Shown in pieces: positions 13,193 to 28,040 of a stretch of 64,000 nt of DNA. A program made the position numbers and the translations under genes. A model generated the notes under the pieces. That model worked only from the letters and a program-made list of their open reading frames with translations. It was not told the origin of the DNA and did no database searches. Every line of letters begins with the position of its first letter. Position 1 is the first letter of the stretch. The stretch comes from Octopus sinensis. Taxonomy: Eukaryota. The stretch spans positions 4,898,001 through 4,962,000 of the forward strand of contig NC_043018.1 of the NCBI RefSeq assembly GCF_006345805.1, read 5' to 3'.

Positions 13193-14458
13193 CCCAACAA
13201 CAACAACAACAACAACAACAAAAATGACCATTACAACTGAAACCAATTGCAAGAGAAACGAACAGCACCACCAAAACGCACCAGTCCGATACTCAACCAT
13301 TTTAATCTCAACCGTCACCACCCCAACAGCAACAACAACAACAAAGTAAAAGACTACACAGTAATTCTCTCCTCATCCAACTCCACCCCCCACCCCCACC
13401 TTCTAACTTCCACCACCGCTAACACAACCATCCACAACCATCCACAGCCGCCACCGCCGCCGCGGCGACCACCATTATCCTACTATTAATATAGTGTCAC
13501 ACTCGATCGTCTTTTTTCTTCTAGAAGAAGAAGAAGAAGAAGAAGAAGAAGAAGAAGAAGAAGAAGAAGAAGGAGGAGGAGGAGGAGGAGGAGAAGAAGA
13601 AGGAGAAATGAAATGGGAAGGAAAATATGGAAGGAAAATATAGAAAAAAATAAAAAGAAGTTGAAGAAAGAGAAGAAAGAAGAAACGAAAGAGAAGAAGG
13701 AAGGAAGGAAGGAAGAGGAATATGAAAAGACGAAAAGCAAGGAGGAGGAGGAGGAGAAAGAGGAAAAGAGAGAGGAGGAGGAGAAAGAGAAACAGGACAA
13801 GAATCAGAAGAAATGGACGAAAAACAAAGAGAATATGATAGGAAGGAAGAAAGAAATGGAAGAAGAAAGAAAGAAGACACTACCATCATCATCATCATCA
13901 TCATCGTTGTCGTCATCATGAAAATCATCATCATCAACTTATGATAAGAATGGAGTGTCAGAAGAAGCAAATAGGCAACACTTAGAGCAGACGACATCTT
14001 TCTACTTATTGTTGCTCAACGGCAGCAGGTAAAAACCAGCGGAGAAGATTAAGTTAAATACGATATTAAGGGGGCCTAAGCCAGATTAACTTTTGACGTT
14101 CGTCGGCGATTTTTAAAGGGGTTACGTTGGTCTTTGACAGGATCAACATTTCAGCAGGGTATTTTTCGGCCCCCGCTTCAAATCCTACCCACCGCCATCC
14201 ACCCTCACAAGCTACGGTATTAAAATTCCTCCTCCTTCTTCACCTCCTTCACTTCCTCCTCCTCCTGTCTTCTTCTTCTTCTTCTTCTTCTTCTTCTTCT
14301 TCTTCTTCTTCTTCTTCTTCTTCTTCTTCTTCTTCTTCACGTTTTTGCTTTTATTTATTTATTTATTTTTTGGCGACAGAACATTCTGCGTTGTTTTTCC
14401 GTTGACCACACGACTAAACGATATCCTGTAATTCTTGTAAGTTCGTGTTGCAAAGACA

Positions 14459-14507
<49 letters not shown>

Positions 14508-15096
14508 ACGACCGCGTGCACAGACGCATATATATATATACACATACATACGTATAGACATATACGTATACTCACAAACACACAGACATTGTATTCAAGG
14601 AAAAGCGCCATCGGACTCCGCTTTCTGTCCTGACATCCGAGCACTTAAGGGCAACAGCATGTAGGTCGTACAAAGTCGCGCGCAAGCACGAACTCACATA
14701 CACCTAATATATATATATATATATGTATATATATTTGTGCGTGTGTGTGCATGTGTGCGTATACGTACGCATGATTGTATGCATGTGTAAGAAGATGAGT
14801 GAAGAGCGAGAGGGAGGAGATGGGGAGGAGAGGCTGTGTAGCGAGAATGAATAAGCGTTAGGAAGAAAAAAAGGAAAGAAAAGAAGGAAGAAAGGCAGAA
14901 AGAAAGAAGAGACTTAAGTTTCCAAGATGGAGGATTATAAAACTGACCAAAACTGACTCAAATAAACCAATCGGTCTTCTTAGTTTACATCTCTTTCTTC
15001 GTCTGCGTTCTCTTCGCCGCCGCCATCGCCATTTCTTCGTTCGTTCGTTCGTTCTTCTTCTTCTTTTTCGTCTTCTTCTTCTTCTTCTCTTCTTCT

Positions 15097-15158
<62 letters not shown>

Positions 15159-15626
15159 TTCTTCTTCTTTCTTCTTCTTCTTTCTTCTTCTTCTTCCACG
15201 TTTCAGTCTTTTATTGTTGCCGCCATTTTATCAATGTCCGACGCAGTCGCTACATCAATACAAAACGCCCTCCTCCCCCCTCTTCAACCCCTCTCAACAC
15301 TCACCTCATCCTCCAACCACCAACCGATCCCCCCCGCCTCAAACAAGTAACAAACCCAGTCTTTTGACGTTTACCTTTGATTTTTGCCTTATTGTTTATT
15401 TATAAGGACGGCCATTATCATGAATTATTTCTTAGTTTGCCTGCTTGATTCTGGCTGACTCATGTTCAGGAGAGTGGAGCGAAGAATAAATAGATAGACA
15501 GATAGACAGACAGATAGATAGATACATAGGTAGATGTAGATAGATAGATAAATTGAAAGATAGTTAGATACACAGATGGATAGATAGATAGGCAGTGACA
15601 CTGATCAATGGAAAGATAGTTGGACA

Positions 15627-15707
<81 letters not shown>

Positions 15708-16060
15708 GTCTGTCTGTCTGTCTAGCTGTCTATCTACTTGTATACTCTAACTTAATTTAGTCATTTGACTGCGGCCATTCTAGAGCATCACCTTAAAGGT
15801 TTTTGGTCAGCTGAGTCAACTCTTGTGTTTATTTCAAAGTCTGGAACTTATGCTGTAAGCCTCGATTTTTAGCTGAAACAAACCAACACCAGTTGTCAAA
15901 CAGCGAAACGCATTCACGCTCGCGTTTCCACGCAGTTTCCGTGCCGCAGATTCAGTCACAAAGTATTGGTCGACCGAGGGTTGTGGCAGAAGAAGACATT
16001 TGCTCAGGTTTCTGCGCAGAGGGGTCAAGCGTCCTAACCACACATCACAGCCAAGCCATG

Positions 16061-16165
<105 letters not shown>

Positions 16166-16844
16166 ATGTATATTTTTAGTCAAGAGGCGAGAACCAGAGC
16201 TGTTCAATATTGAAAACACTTTGTAGCGCTCCGAAATCTTTACCGAAGACGAAGTCCGTGGGGTAAAAAGTGGCTAGAAGAGGAATCCAGGTGGAAGATT
16301 ATCGCCATATTATCTCGCTCTTTTTTCCCTTCTCTCTCTTCAAACATTTGTTGTTGTTTTATTACCTGTTTTTAAATATATATTTTTAAAATTTAGTTTT
16401 CCTACTCTGATCTTCCGGCTTCGCCTCTCATTTCAAATTCTATCTTCGGTGAGTTGGGATTCTTTAACGAACGACAATCTGCTCTTCATATAATTAATGT
16501 TTCTTTGGCCTGATGAATACCCCTCGATGAACACCCCTCGATGAATAATTATTACATCAGAGGATATGCTAGCTAGGAAACATATGTAACCGGAGTTTTA
16601 CCTGTTCCACCCCCTCAGTCTGGATTTTTATGCGCATACATGGCAACTTAAGTTGATAACCGTGAGCTATAAAAATACTTTTTTCACCTCATTAAACTTC
16701 GATATGGGGGAAAACCTACAACCTTCGACACCTGTAAATTATTATTGTTCCTGAATGCTGTTTTTTTATACCACAGACTGCTCGAAACTTACAAACTTCC
16801 TACACTTAGATCCTTACGCCTTATAATTATATATCAATGTGTGT

Positions 16845-17055
16845 GTGGGTGTCTTTGCGTCTGTGTATCTCCCTACCACGGCTTGACAACTGGTGTTAGT
16901 GTGTTTACGTCCCCGTAACTTAGCGTTTTGACAAAAGTGACGATAGAATAAGTATCAGGCTTAAACAAAAAGTACTGGAGTCGATTCATTCAACAAAAAA
17001 ATTCAAGGCGGTGCCCCAGCATGGCCTCAGTCTCATAATTGAAACAAGTAATTAA
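16845..17055 (+). mobile_element. 3' half of long-form SINE
   Basis: ttgacaactggtgttagtgtgtttacgtccccgtaacttagc...ttcaaggcggtgccccagcatggcc. Confidence 0.8.
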
Positions 17056-17782
17056 AACAAAACACGTGTATTTCAACAGAAATACAGAAACAAAAATGGT
17101 TCACGTGCAAGTGGCTGAGTATTCCATAGACATGTGTACCATTGATAAATATCTCTGGTGAAACCAGCGTGGCACTTTATACTTTATACTGGTACATTTC
17201 ATCGAGCGGGGGTGATGGAGGGTAGGCTTCTTTACAGTTTCCATTTAATTACACTGACAAGGCTTGGGTCACCCTGACACTTGTCCAACACGCCAATCAA
17301 GTTCAACCCAAAACTTCGGTTTTACGAAGAGAAGAACTTTTTGACCATTCGGCCATATTGTTTCTTCCCGTCTTTCCAACGAGAATGCTTTGTCTTCCAT
17401 TGTCGTTCTTATTCTTATAGCTGTGATCGTCATTACTAATGATGCTGTTACTGTCATTGTTGTTCTTGTTGTTGTTGGCTGTTGTTATGGTGTCTGGTTG
17501 TTGCTGATGTTACTGTCGTTGTCATCGTCGTCGTTACTATTTCTGTTGCTGAATCTGTCATCAGTTTAGTATTGTTATTTGATGTCATCACTGAAGCAGA
17601 AGTAGTAGTAGTGGTAGTAGTAGTGCTGTTAGTAGTGGTTGCAACTGTATTAGTTGCAGCTGTTGTTGTTGTTGTTGTTGTTGTTATCAGTGAGTGTTAA
17701 GCAAGACACGAAGACGACGGAGTGGTCAAGTTACTTCGCAAGCCTTAATTCCTTTCAAACAAGACTGTCCGTTTTGTCCAAG

Positions 17783-17856
<74 letters not shown>

Positions 17857-18011
17857 CCACACACACACAACCCCTGTCTCTCTTTCACTCCTTTTTCTCT
17901 TTGTGTGCGTGCGTGCATGCGCATATATATATATATGTATATATGTATGTATTTGTGTGTGTATATTATATATATACATGTATGTATATATGTATGTATA
18001 TATACATATGC

Positions 18012-18079
<68 letters not shown>

Positions 18080-18256
18080 ATACATGTATTATGTACATAT
18101 ATGAATATCTTCTTAAGATGACTGACATGAATTATTCAGTTGTTCAGACTTCAAGCAAAATAATATTATTGTCGTTACAGTAGCGGTAGCAGTAGCAGTA
18201 GCAGTAGCAGCAGCAGCAGCAGCAGCACAGTAGTAGTAGCAGTAGTAGTAGTTGTT

Positions 18257-18308
<52 letters not shown>

Positions 18309-18349
18309 CAGTCGTCGTCGTCGTCGTCGTAGTAGTAGTAGTAGTAGTC

Positions 18350-18384
<35 letters not shown>

Positions 18385-18596
18385 CGTAGTTAAAGCACTA
18401 ATAGCGATAATGATGATGATGATGATGATGATAAGGGTGATGGTGTCGACAGTGGATATCCCGTGCCGTGAGTGTCATTGATGTTGTCGTTGGGTTGGTT
18501 AATCGCTTCACTATCGATATCCTTTTGATGAACCGCTAGTTTAATAAAAAGCGAAAACCGGTTGTCAAGAGGCGAGACGCAACCAAAAAATCCTTG

Positions 18597-18629
<33 letters not shown>

Positions 18630-18649
18630 TTTATATATATATTCAAGAG

Positions 18650-18765
18650 CTTCCGTACGGTCTCCACCTGCCAAATCCATTAAAAAGGCATTGGCCAGTT
18701 CGGAGGCTGTTGTAGAAAATACCTGCCCAAGGTGCCGCCGCACAGTGAGACTGACCCTCTAGGCA
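18650..18765 (-). mobile_element. SINE fragment, third family
   Basis: Shares gcggcaccttgggca...tcttctac with the copies at 45620-45895 and 50560-50680. Confidence 0.6.
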
Positions 18766-18919
18766 CTTGCACGGAAAGCAACTGGTGGTGGTGGTCATGG
18801 TGATGATGGTGATGATGATGGTGATGATGATGGCGATGATGATACACTCGGTCTCAACTCATATGTATTCCGACCGTGACCCTCCTGTCAATTATTCAGA
18901 CGCAAGGTTATGCAGGTTT

Positions 18920-19142
18920 AGATATTGGTTTCCAATTTTGGCACAAAGCCAGCAAATTCGGGGAAATGGAGTAAGTCGATTACATCGACCCCAGTATTCA
19001 GCTGGTATTCAATTTATAGACTTCGAAAGGATGAACAGCAAAGCCGACCTCAGTGGAATTTGAACTCGGAACGTGAAGACGGACGAATCATCGCTAAGCA
19101 TTTTGTCCGGACTTCTAACGAGTCCGCTAACTCGCTGCTTCT
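18920..19142 (-). mobile_element. tRNA-derived SINE, main family
   Basis: Full-length motif set on the minus strand. Confidence 0.85.
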
Positions 19143-19531
19143 ATACTAAAACCTGTTCTTCCTTTTTTATTAATCTTGTTTAACAAACAATATCCTCGAT
19201 CAAAGACGTTCCAATCGTGTCCACCCAGCCTTTTATGACATGTTTTAGAGTACATTGTCCAATGTTTCCTTTTTTAAAGAATACAAGAAGTGAGTTGGGA
19301 GGTATTTGGCTGTTATCTCTAGCACTGTATAAAGGCACCTTTGTTCATGTTGTCATGTTATCGTTGTTTAGCCATAGATCTGGCAGATGTATCATTAAAG
19401 CGTTCCAGTCATGACCATCCTGTCTTTTGCTACCCAAAACAGTGCACCCCAGATTTAATGATGGTGGTGACGACGTTGATGACGATGATGGTGATGATGA
19501 TAATGCTGCTGCTGCTGACGACGATGGTGAT

Positions 19532-19631
19532 NNNNNNNNNNNNNNNNNNNNNNNNNNNNNNNNNNNNNNNNNNNNNNNNNNNNNNNNNNNNNNNNNNNNN
19601 NNNNNNNNNNNNNNNNNNNNNNNNNNNNNNN
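19532..19631. other. Assembly gap (100 N)
   Basis: Run of exactly 100 n, a placeholder size. Continuity across it is not assured. Confidence 1.
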
Positions 19632-19953
19632 GTGTGTGTGTGTGTATGTCGATAATTTTCTCAATCGGGAACTCCTTGGAACTTGTTTTATCAGCTGAGG
19701 AAAGATGAAGAGGTGAAGGAAACCCCACAAAACATTTCAAATGACAGGTAAAGGGACATAAATAAAGGTAACTAGAAAATTTGTCATTTGCTAGAAACAA
19801 CAGCAACGACAATGATAACTCTCTATCAAACCCCGTCACCGCTACAGAATCACAATGTTAGTAATAAGAACAAGGACTGCAATAACGGCAACAACAATGA
19901 CAACACAAACTACAACAACAAAAAACAACAACAACAACAACGACACGACTACG

Positions 19954-19994
<41 letters not shown>

Positions 19995-20007
19995 CGCCAA
20001 ATTTAAT

Positions 20008-20224
20008 ATTGATTTCAAATCTTGGCACAAAGCTAGCAATTTCGAGGGAAGGTGTAAGCCAATTACCTCGACCCCAATACGCAACTGGTATTATTTTGTC
20101 GACCCTGAAATGATTAAAAGCGTAGTCGACCTCGGCTGAATTTGAACTCAGAACATGGAGACAGATGAACTGTCACTAAGCCTTTCGCCCGGCGTTCTAA
20201 CGGTTTTGTCAGCTCGCCGCCTTG
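20008..20224 (-). mobile_element. tRNA-derived SINE, main family
   Basis: Full-length motif set; the 3' end is close to (AAT)n. Confidence 0.85.
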
Positions 20225-21249
20225 TAAGAGCAATAGTAATATTGATGGAGATGATAACGATGCTGATAATAAATGACAACGATGACGACGATGATGACGA
20301 TGATGATGGCGATGATGATATTCATCATCCTTATTATCACTAAGGTTCTTTCTGTTTTTTTCTTTTCTTTTAGAAATCCCTTTTAATTTTATATTCGAAC
20401 TTAATGGTGGTGATGACAACGACGACCGCGATGATGACGGTGATGAAGACGACGACGATGATAATGGAGCCGACAATGTTGATGTTAAAGATGCTCCTCT
20501 AACAGAGCCAACGAGACAGGTTGGCATGAAGTGGCCATTAAAATGTCGGCGGCGACAGGAGAGACATTAAACAAAATGGAGCTAACAAGCGATCGAAAGC
20601 GTTCTTTGTTGGTGGGAGAGCAGTCTCCAGCGAGTTGGTGGCTATTATGAAATTATAACGATTGAGGATGATTGAAGACGATGATGATGAGGCAATGATG
20701 ATGTTGCTGTTGTCGTTATAGTTATTGCTGTTGTTACCTCTGTTGTTATTCTGAAAGTTATTGTTGTTGTTACTGCTGCTGCTGCTGCTGTTGTTACTGT
20801 TGTTACCGTTATTTAGTTCCATCCCATCCCATCCCTGATTCAGTAGATTTATGATGAAAGAGCATTCCGCTCATGACCATCACAACTTCACTTGCTTTTA
20901 CGAAGATTTCTTTTGAAATTTGGCTGCTGTTTCTAGCAGTTTGAGCAACTGTGTACACGTTCTTCCTCTTTAATCCATTAATATCATAAATGTTGCTGTT
21001 TAACCCCACGTTAAGTCTGATCAAACAGACCTATTATCAAAAAAAATTCCAAGCGTGACCATCTCGTCTTCTATATTTGTCAGATGTCCTCTAAAGGTCA
21101 CAGTATGTGGGACCTTCATTTTTAGTTCTGTAGGAAATGATTTCAAAGAGACCTGGCTGTTATTTCAAGCAGATACAATGAATACGCGGATGTCCATCAT
21201 TCGATCGTTGGTATATCATTTTATTTTTGTTAGCTGTTGTTGTTTAGCC

Positions 21250-21419
21250 CTAGGTCTGCTCTGGTTGAAATGGAGAACCGCGATGGAAACTAACGAGTAA
21301 GCCAGAGTTCTGACATCCAGGCTCCAGGTTTTCATTTGTTCCAATTATCCGATCTGCTCGGAAATCTAGAACTGCTTGGATTCCCCCAAAGTGCACCGAA
21401 CCGACTGAATCGCATTCTC
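21250..21419 (-). CDS. Candidate terminal coding exon of the COE gene (G-ECDSVGSVHFGGIQ...PFQPEQT*)
   Basis: Strong pyrimidine-rich acceptor cttttactcttcctttgattgattgtatcag|GA at 21419. Phase 1 fits the CAA G| donor of the COE exon and gives 55 further codons to TAG. About 700 bp of mostly non-TE sequence resembling a 3' UTR follows. No homology recognised. Confidence 0.4.
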
Positions 21420-21689
21420 CTGATACAATCAATCAAAGGAAGAGTAAAAGGTTGTAAAACATTTCAGCGATTCTCCGTTTGAGATTCCTAGGTGGACATA
21501 GGCAGACAACCATATATAAAAGGAGAATACACGCACACATATAGAACAGTAACGGAATGTACAGACTTGTGTTTGACAGTGGCGCCTACACCCACCACTG
21601 CAACTTTGTTCACAAACATGCGCACATATGCGTGTGTATGCAGACATCAACCATTTCAGGTAACATTTGCCTCTTTGCCAAATGGAAAA

Positions 21690-21740
21690 GTCTGTCTGTC
21701 TATCTGTCTATCTGTCTGTCTGTCTGTCTGTCTGTCTGTC

Positions 21741-21798
<58 letters not shown>

Positions 21799-21987
21799 GT
21801 CTGTCTGTCTATATATCTATCTGCCTGTCCATCCATCCATCCATCCATCCATCCATCCTCCATCCATCCATCCATCTATCTATCTACTATTATCTATCTA
21901 TCTATCTATCTATCTACTATCTATCTGTCTGTCTGTCCTATCTATCTATCTGCCTGTCCATCCATCCATCCATCCATCCATCCATCC

Positions 21988-22071
<84 letters not shown>

Positions 22072-22143
22072 GCCTATCCATCCATCCATCCATCCATCCA
22101 TCCATCCATCCATCCATCCATCTATCTATCTATCTATCCATCC

Positions 22144-22235
<92 letters not shown>

Positions 22236-22240
22236 GTCTG
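21690..22240. repeat. Compound tetranucleotide microsatellite (TGTC/TATC/CATC)
   Basis: Alternating blocks of ctgt, ctat and ccat units. Confidence 0.95.
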
Positions 22241-23062
22241 TTTTCATTTTCACCTAATTATCTATCAAATTATCTGACATCGACGCGCGCGCGCACGCAC
22301 GCACACATACACATAGAATCACATACACATACATACTTTCAGTTATATGTTCCCTTTTCCACCATCCACAAAAAAAGGAAACAAAAAGAAAAAGAAGACA
22401 ATTTTCACAAAACGAAACAAAAACAAACTTTCGCGTAATTTGGTAACGTGAGGAATCAGGTGTCTTTGAACAAATGTAATGAGACCATGGCAAGAATATT
22501 TTTATGCTGAAGTGGAATCGAATTTTGGCTTATAACAGACAAATTGTAAGTTGTTTCTGAAACGGTGTCATAATTTCTACCAATTGTTCTTTTGTATTTT
22601 GCAGGTGTGTATATATATGCATGTATATACACGCACATATATACATATATATAAAATATAATATGTACATATATGTGTGTGTGTGTGTGTATAGACACAC
22701 ATACATACATATGATATATGCATATGTATATACTTACATTCACATATCATTACCTATACTTACATATACATACACATATATATCGACAGATACTTCTATG
22801 CACTTGAATACACTTTAAGTGGGGAAGATTGAAGTACGTGAGACGAGACCGGAGCATAACAAGATTCTTGCTGAAGAGGAGCAAGTGTGAGCCTCACTAC
22901 ACACATCTGGCATTTAGAATAGAGGGTGGCAGTGATCGGGTGGAGCTGAAAAGGGGTAGAAATAGTGGTGATATGGAGTCATATGGCAGACTCTCCTGTC
23001 GTAAACGACTGATGAAGCGTCCGCCATCTTTCTTTTGATCTTGAGATGAGCATTGGCCAATT

Positions 23063-23394
23063 CAGTGGTTCTCAGCCATTTATCAAATGGACCCCTTTGA
23101 CTACTATTTTATTCTGGTGGACCCTTATAATCATTCAGTGTTTAAAAATTAGTTTCATAGAGACTTCTTTCAAAATTCCTATTTCGTTTATCATACATTC
23201 CATTGTGTAGGCTTAACTCTGACATCAAAGAACGAAACCGCGCTGTTTGTTGCAACAAAAACATCTAAAGCAAAATTTGTTCATTGACCCACAAAATGAC
23301 ATTATTGACCCAATTTACTTCTTTGCCCGTGTAGAACCCTAAAAATCTGATATGGACCCCTAGGGATCATATGGACTCCGGTTGGGAACAACTG
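23063..23394. mobile_element. hAT-like MITE
   Basis: Imperfect TIRs cagtggttctcagcc / ggttgggaacaactg and internal repeated tggaccc subterminal motifs. No clear TSD. Confidence 0.65.
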
Positions 23395-24020
23395 GATTCG
23401 TATGTGAGAGGCATTTCATAATGCTGGCTGGTGATCCTGAGTCGGTTGATGCTTTCTACTGTGTGAAGCGAGCCCTACCTTGCTGCATGTTTTGGACCCA
23501 CAAAACCCAAAGCTAAATCATCTGAAGCGGATCCTTGTTGGTACTTCTGCTTAAAATTCACACGAAGTTGATCACGACGTTTCTCTCTACTCGTTTCAAA
23601 CTTTACACACAAACACGATGTATTTGATATACTTTTATGTTAACATATATTTGGATACACTCACATACACTTACAATTAATTGCATATATTAACATACAT
23701 TAAATATGTTTACATTTCCTCAAATACTTATATACATATGCAAGCACACACTTTGTTATACTTAAATATGTTTCCATACCTACGTACATATATACTTGTA
23801 TACACTAATATAAGCCCTGTTCATAAGTCTACTAAATAGGTTACTTATATCATACTTTGATACCGAGTGAACTGAGGTCCCCGTCGGCAGGTGTCGCCGA
23901 CTTTCAATAACGAGTTAACACTTATGGTATGAAAATTAATATCCCCAGTTTCCTGTAGTTTCAGACATTGTTGACTATATAAACGAATTGGTCGCCTGCT
24001 TCTCTCAAATTGATGAAGAC

Positions 24021-24065
24021 GTCCCTGATGCGAATCCAATAAGATCCGAAAATCGATTAAGGAGA
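24021..24065 (+). ncRNA. Degenerate hammerhead motif
   Basis: gtcc-CTGATGC-gaatc-caataa-gatcc-GAAA-atcgat-TA-agga. Stem III is the palindrome AATCGATT. A9 is altered and stems I and II carry mismatches. Confidence 0.5.
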
Positions 24066-24199
24066 AGTAACTTAATCAGCTCTGTTTATAAATCGACTAT
24101 ATAGATTATATATATACTTAGTTTTATATCGGGTTAGAATGTGTCAAAATAGAAACTGGAAGTCTTTCAAAATCTTGTACTGCTACTTATTACTAACAC

Positions 24200-24410
24200 T
24201 AAACTCTCAGATCATGTCAGAATTGACGGTCTAAAACAAATGACCAAATTACCAACAATCACGTCTGTCATCAAAAACAAAGTACTCAAAATGTTTGGCC
24301 ACATTGGTTTGTGACGTCAAGATCCGTTTGGAAGGCATGGTTACTGGAAAGAGAAACAGAAGTCTGGAATATTAGAGATGGAGAAATAACATCACTGCAT
24401 GGACAGGTCT
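24200..24410 (+). mobile_element. Degenerate RTE-group LINE 3' fragment
   Basis: KNKVLKMFGHI...KIRLEGMVTGKRNR...RWRNNITAWT resembles the RTE C-terminal FGHI...LEGKVEGKR.RGRP..RW.DNI..W pattern. Confidence 0.55.
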
Positions 24411-24847
24411 TGACTAGTTTCCCTGAATGCTCTTGCCAAAGATTGAATACTGTGGAGGGAAATATCTCATGTTAGTGTGCATTCTGCCGCACTCAGAGAT
24501 AATGGGAAACTTGATAAAGATATATTTACATATGCTTACATACTTAGGCATACACAACAATATTGCCAGTACAACCACAATCATCATCAATAACAACAGC
24601 AACAAAGAGAGAATCGCTCATATGATCGAACACCACCACCACCATCACCACCACCACCATCATCATCACGGCGAAGGAACATCTACATGATCACTCGATT
24701 CGATAGAATTAGCAACACATCATAGGACATCGCCTGAAAAAAACCGGGATGGTCACTGATGGATTGTCGTTTATCACTGGGTTGCTCAATCGACGTTGAC
24801 TTAGGAACTGAAAAACAACAATAACAATAGCAACAACAGCCACAATA

Positions 24848-25052
24848 AAATTTTGGCACAATGCCAGCAATTTTAAGTGATAGGCAAGTCGATTATATCG
24901 ACCCCAGTATCTGACTGGTACTTATTATGTCGACCTTAACAAGACGAAAGGCAAAGTCGACGTCGGCGAAATCTGAACCCAGAACGTAGAGAACCTGATA
25001 AAAATGCCGCTAAGCATTTTGTCCGATACGCTTCACGATTCTACCAGCTTGA
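24848..25052 (-). mobile_element. tRNA-derived SINE, main family
   Basis: Full-length motif set on the minus strand. Confidence 0.85.
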
Positions 25053-25089
25053 CACCACCACCACCACCACCACCACCACCACCACCACC

Positions 25090-25121
<32 letters not shown>

Positions 25122-25684
25122 CCACAACAACAACAGCAACAGCAGCAGCAGTAGCAACAACAACAGCAGCACCAGGAGCAACAACAATACAAAACAACAG
25201 CAGCAACAACAAAAACAAAACGATGGCGACGATGACAACAACAACAACAACAATAATAACAATAAAGAATCCTGAAAAGCAACAAGCCACCCCCTAAATA
25301 TATATATCGCACCCCAGTTTTCTCTCTTTCGCTATCTTTCCTCACCGCACCCCCGTCACACACCTCTCCTTTCTCCCCTCTTATCAATACACTTCACTCA
25401 CGCACCATGCTGTGAATATGAAGTGGCTTCGAGAAACAATCGCAACGTTCTAGGCTATTGTAAAAGACGGGAGTCACTCGGCAACAAAATGGCGACATTC
25501 CCGCTCGGTTTTCACCGATCATTTCTCCCTCTTTTATAACCCCTGATATTAGACGGCCGATAGCATGAAGTGTATTAGTAATAGATGAGCTACGCTACAT
25601 GCATGGACTTGTACATAGAAACGTTCGCTTTGGTAACCACCATCGAATTGTGTAGAAATTCGTTGAATGTGTATATATATATAC

Positions 25685-25727
<43 letters not shown>

Positions 25728-25998
25728 TATATATAATATATATATATATACACACATGCACACACACACACACACACTCACTGTTGCACACGTATAAAGC
25801 AGGTCAGGCTTGTTACACTTCACATGCAGTCATCTCATTGGTTGTTCTATAGAGCATGTCCCAAAATACCCATTCGAAACATATGTATGTATGCGTGCAT
25901 CTATGTATGTATCTAAGTATTATGCAAATATGTGTAGAGTGATTGTGCGTGTGTGTGTGTGTGTATACATAATATATATATATATATGTGCACACATA

Positions 25999-26049
<51 letters not shown>

Positions 26050-26100
26050 ATATATATATATTTATATACATACATATGTGTATTTATGAATATAGTTATA

Positions 26101-26135
<35 letters not shown>

Positions 26136-26475
26136 TGTATCAGTGGTATAAATTTGTTCACAGCAATAGAAATATCTAACGTCGAATTAGATACAATACA
26201 CGAATTAGATGTATGTATTTATCTGTCTGCCTGTCTGCCTGTCCGTCCGTCCGTCTATTTACACACACATACGCGTATATGTTTGTTTGTATGTTTGTCT
26301 GTATGTGTGTGTGCGTGTGTATATACACATGTACATACATAGATATATACATATATACATTATTACAAGCGCATGTATATGTGCATCTGTGTGCATTTGT
26401 AATCTTTCTATGTAAGTGTGAATCTATGCATACGCAATCTTGTCTTGTGTTAAAACCTTGACACAAATATTGGCC

Positions 26476-26775
26476 TCCACCACCACCACCACCTCCACCT
26501 CCACCACCACCACCACCACCTCCACCTCCACCCCCACCACCACCACCACCACCACCACCACCTCCACCTCCACCACCACCACCTCCACCTCCACCCTCAC
26601 CACCTCCACCACCTCCACCACCACCACCTCCATCACCACCACCACCACCTCCCACACCACCACCACACCTCCACCTCCACCACCACCCACCTCCACCTCC
26701 ACCCTCACCACCACCACCACCACCACCACCACCACCACCACCACCACCACACCACCACCACACCACCACCGCCGC
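26476..26775. repeat. (ACC)n/(TCC) compound triplet array
   Basis: Continuous acc/tcc triplets. Confidence 0.95.
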
Positions 26776-27109
26776 CGCCGTTGCCGCAATAACCACCAAT
26801 TTCAAAACCTTAAAACAATAGAAAAGGGGTAAAAAAAAACTCAACTCTCCCATCTTAGAGATTAGTTGAAAAAAGATGTTCTGTCTTACTGATACGATCG
26901 TCTGCGAAGAGAAGAGGCTGTTCCCACATTGCATTACACACACACACACACGGACACACACGCGGACACACACGCGCATGTACACACAAATATATTTATT
27001 TATGTACATTTGACCTAAAATTAAGAAAAAAATAAACCAACTCCAATTTTTAAATTCCGAACCAATACATGATGTGATTGTAAAAAAAATGCTTTTGCCA
27101 ATACCTAAG

Positions 27110-27476
27110 ATGATGACGATGACGATGATGATGATGATGATGATGATGACGTCGATGATGACGATGATGATGACGACGATGATGATGACGATGATGACGA
27201 TGATGATGATGATGATGATGACGATGATGATGACGATGATGATGACGACGATGGTGACGATGACGATGATGATGACGATGATGACGATGATGATGATGAC
27301 GATGGTGGTGATGACGACGATGATGATGACGATGATGATGACGACGATGATGATGACGATGATGACGATGATGATGATGACGATGGTGGTGATGATGATG
27401 ACGACGATGATGATGATGATGACGATGATGACGATGGTGGTGATGATGATGACGATGATGATGATGATAATGATGT
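27110..27476. repeat. (GAT/GAC)n compound triplet array
   Basis: About 120 gat/gac triplets with occasional ggt. Confidence 0.95.
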
Positions 27477-27721
27477 CGAAAGGGGGTGGCGATGGTGTCC
27501 CTGATATAACTCGTGTGTTCCACTCCCCAAGTTTCCCTCTTCATTCTATTTTAATGACTCTTCTCGCACCGCTTCTATCTAATATAGAAATCTACCTCCT
27601 CCTCCTCCTCCTCCTCCTCGTCGTCGTCCTCCAATTCTCCTTCCTCTTCTTCGTCCTTCCCGTCCTCCTCGTCTTCCTTCTCACTCCACCCATCCATCAT
27701 CACTGCATTTCATCAATCTAC

Positions 27722-27864
27722 ATGTTCTGAGTTCAAGTTTCGCTGAGGTTGACTTTGCCTTTCATCCTGTCGGGGTCAATAAAACAATTACCAGTTGAAT
27801 ACTGGGGTCCATATAATCGACTTACCCGATCACCGGAACTTGCTAGCCTTGTGCCAAAATTTCG

Positions 27865-27865
<1 letters not shown>
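27722..27865 (+). mobile_element. 5'-truncated SINE, main family
   Basis: gttctgagttcaagtttcgctgaggttgactttgcctttcatcc...gccttgtgccaaaatttcg, followed by (AAC)n(AAT)n. Confidence 0.8.
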
Positions 27866-27895
<30 letters not shown>

Positions 27896-27968
27896 GCAAT
27901 AATAATAATAATAATAATAATAATATAATAATAATAATAATAATAATAATTATTATTATTATTATTGT

Positions 27969-28040
<72 letters not shown>

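Noticed and set aside
26176-27730. Long poly-Gly and poly-Asp/Met/His ORFs whose triplets vary synonymously (GGT/GGA, GAT/GAC)
   Set aside because: Pure microsatellite arrays open in several frames, with no complex coding flanks or splice sites. The same motif mixtures occur throughout the window.
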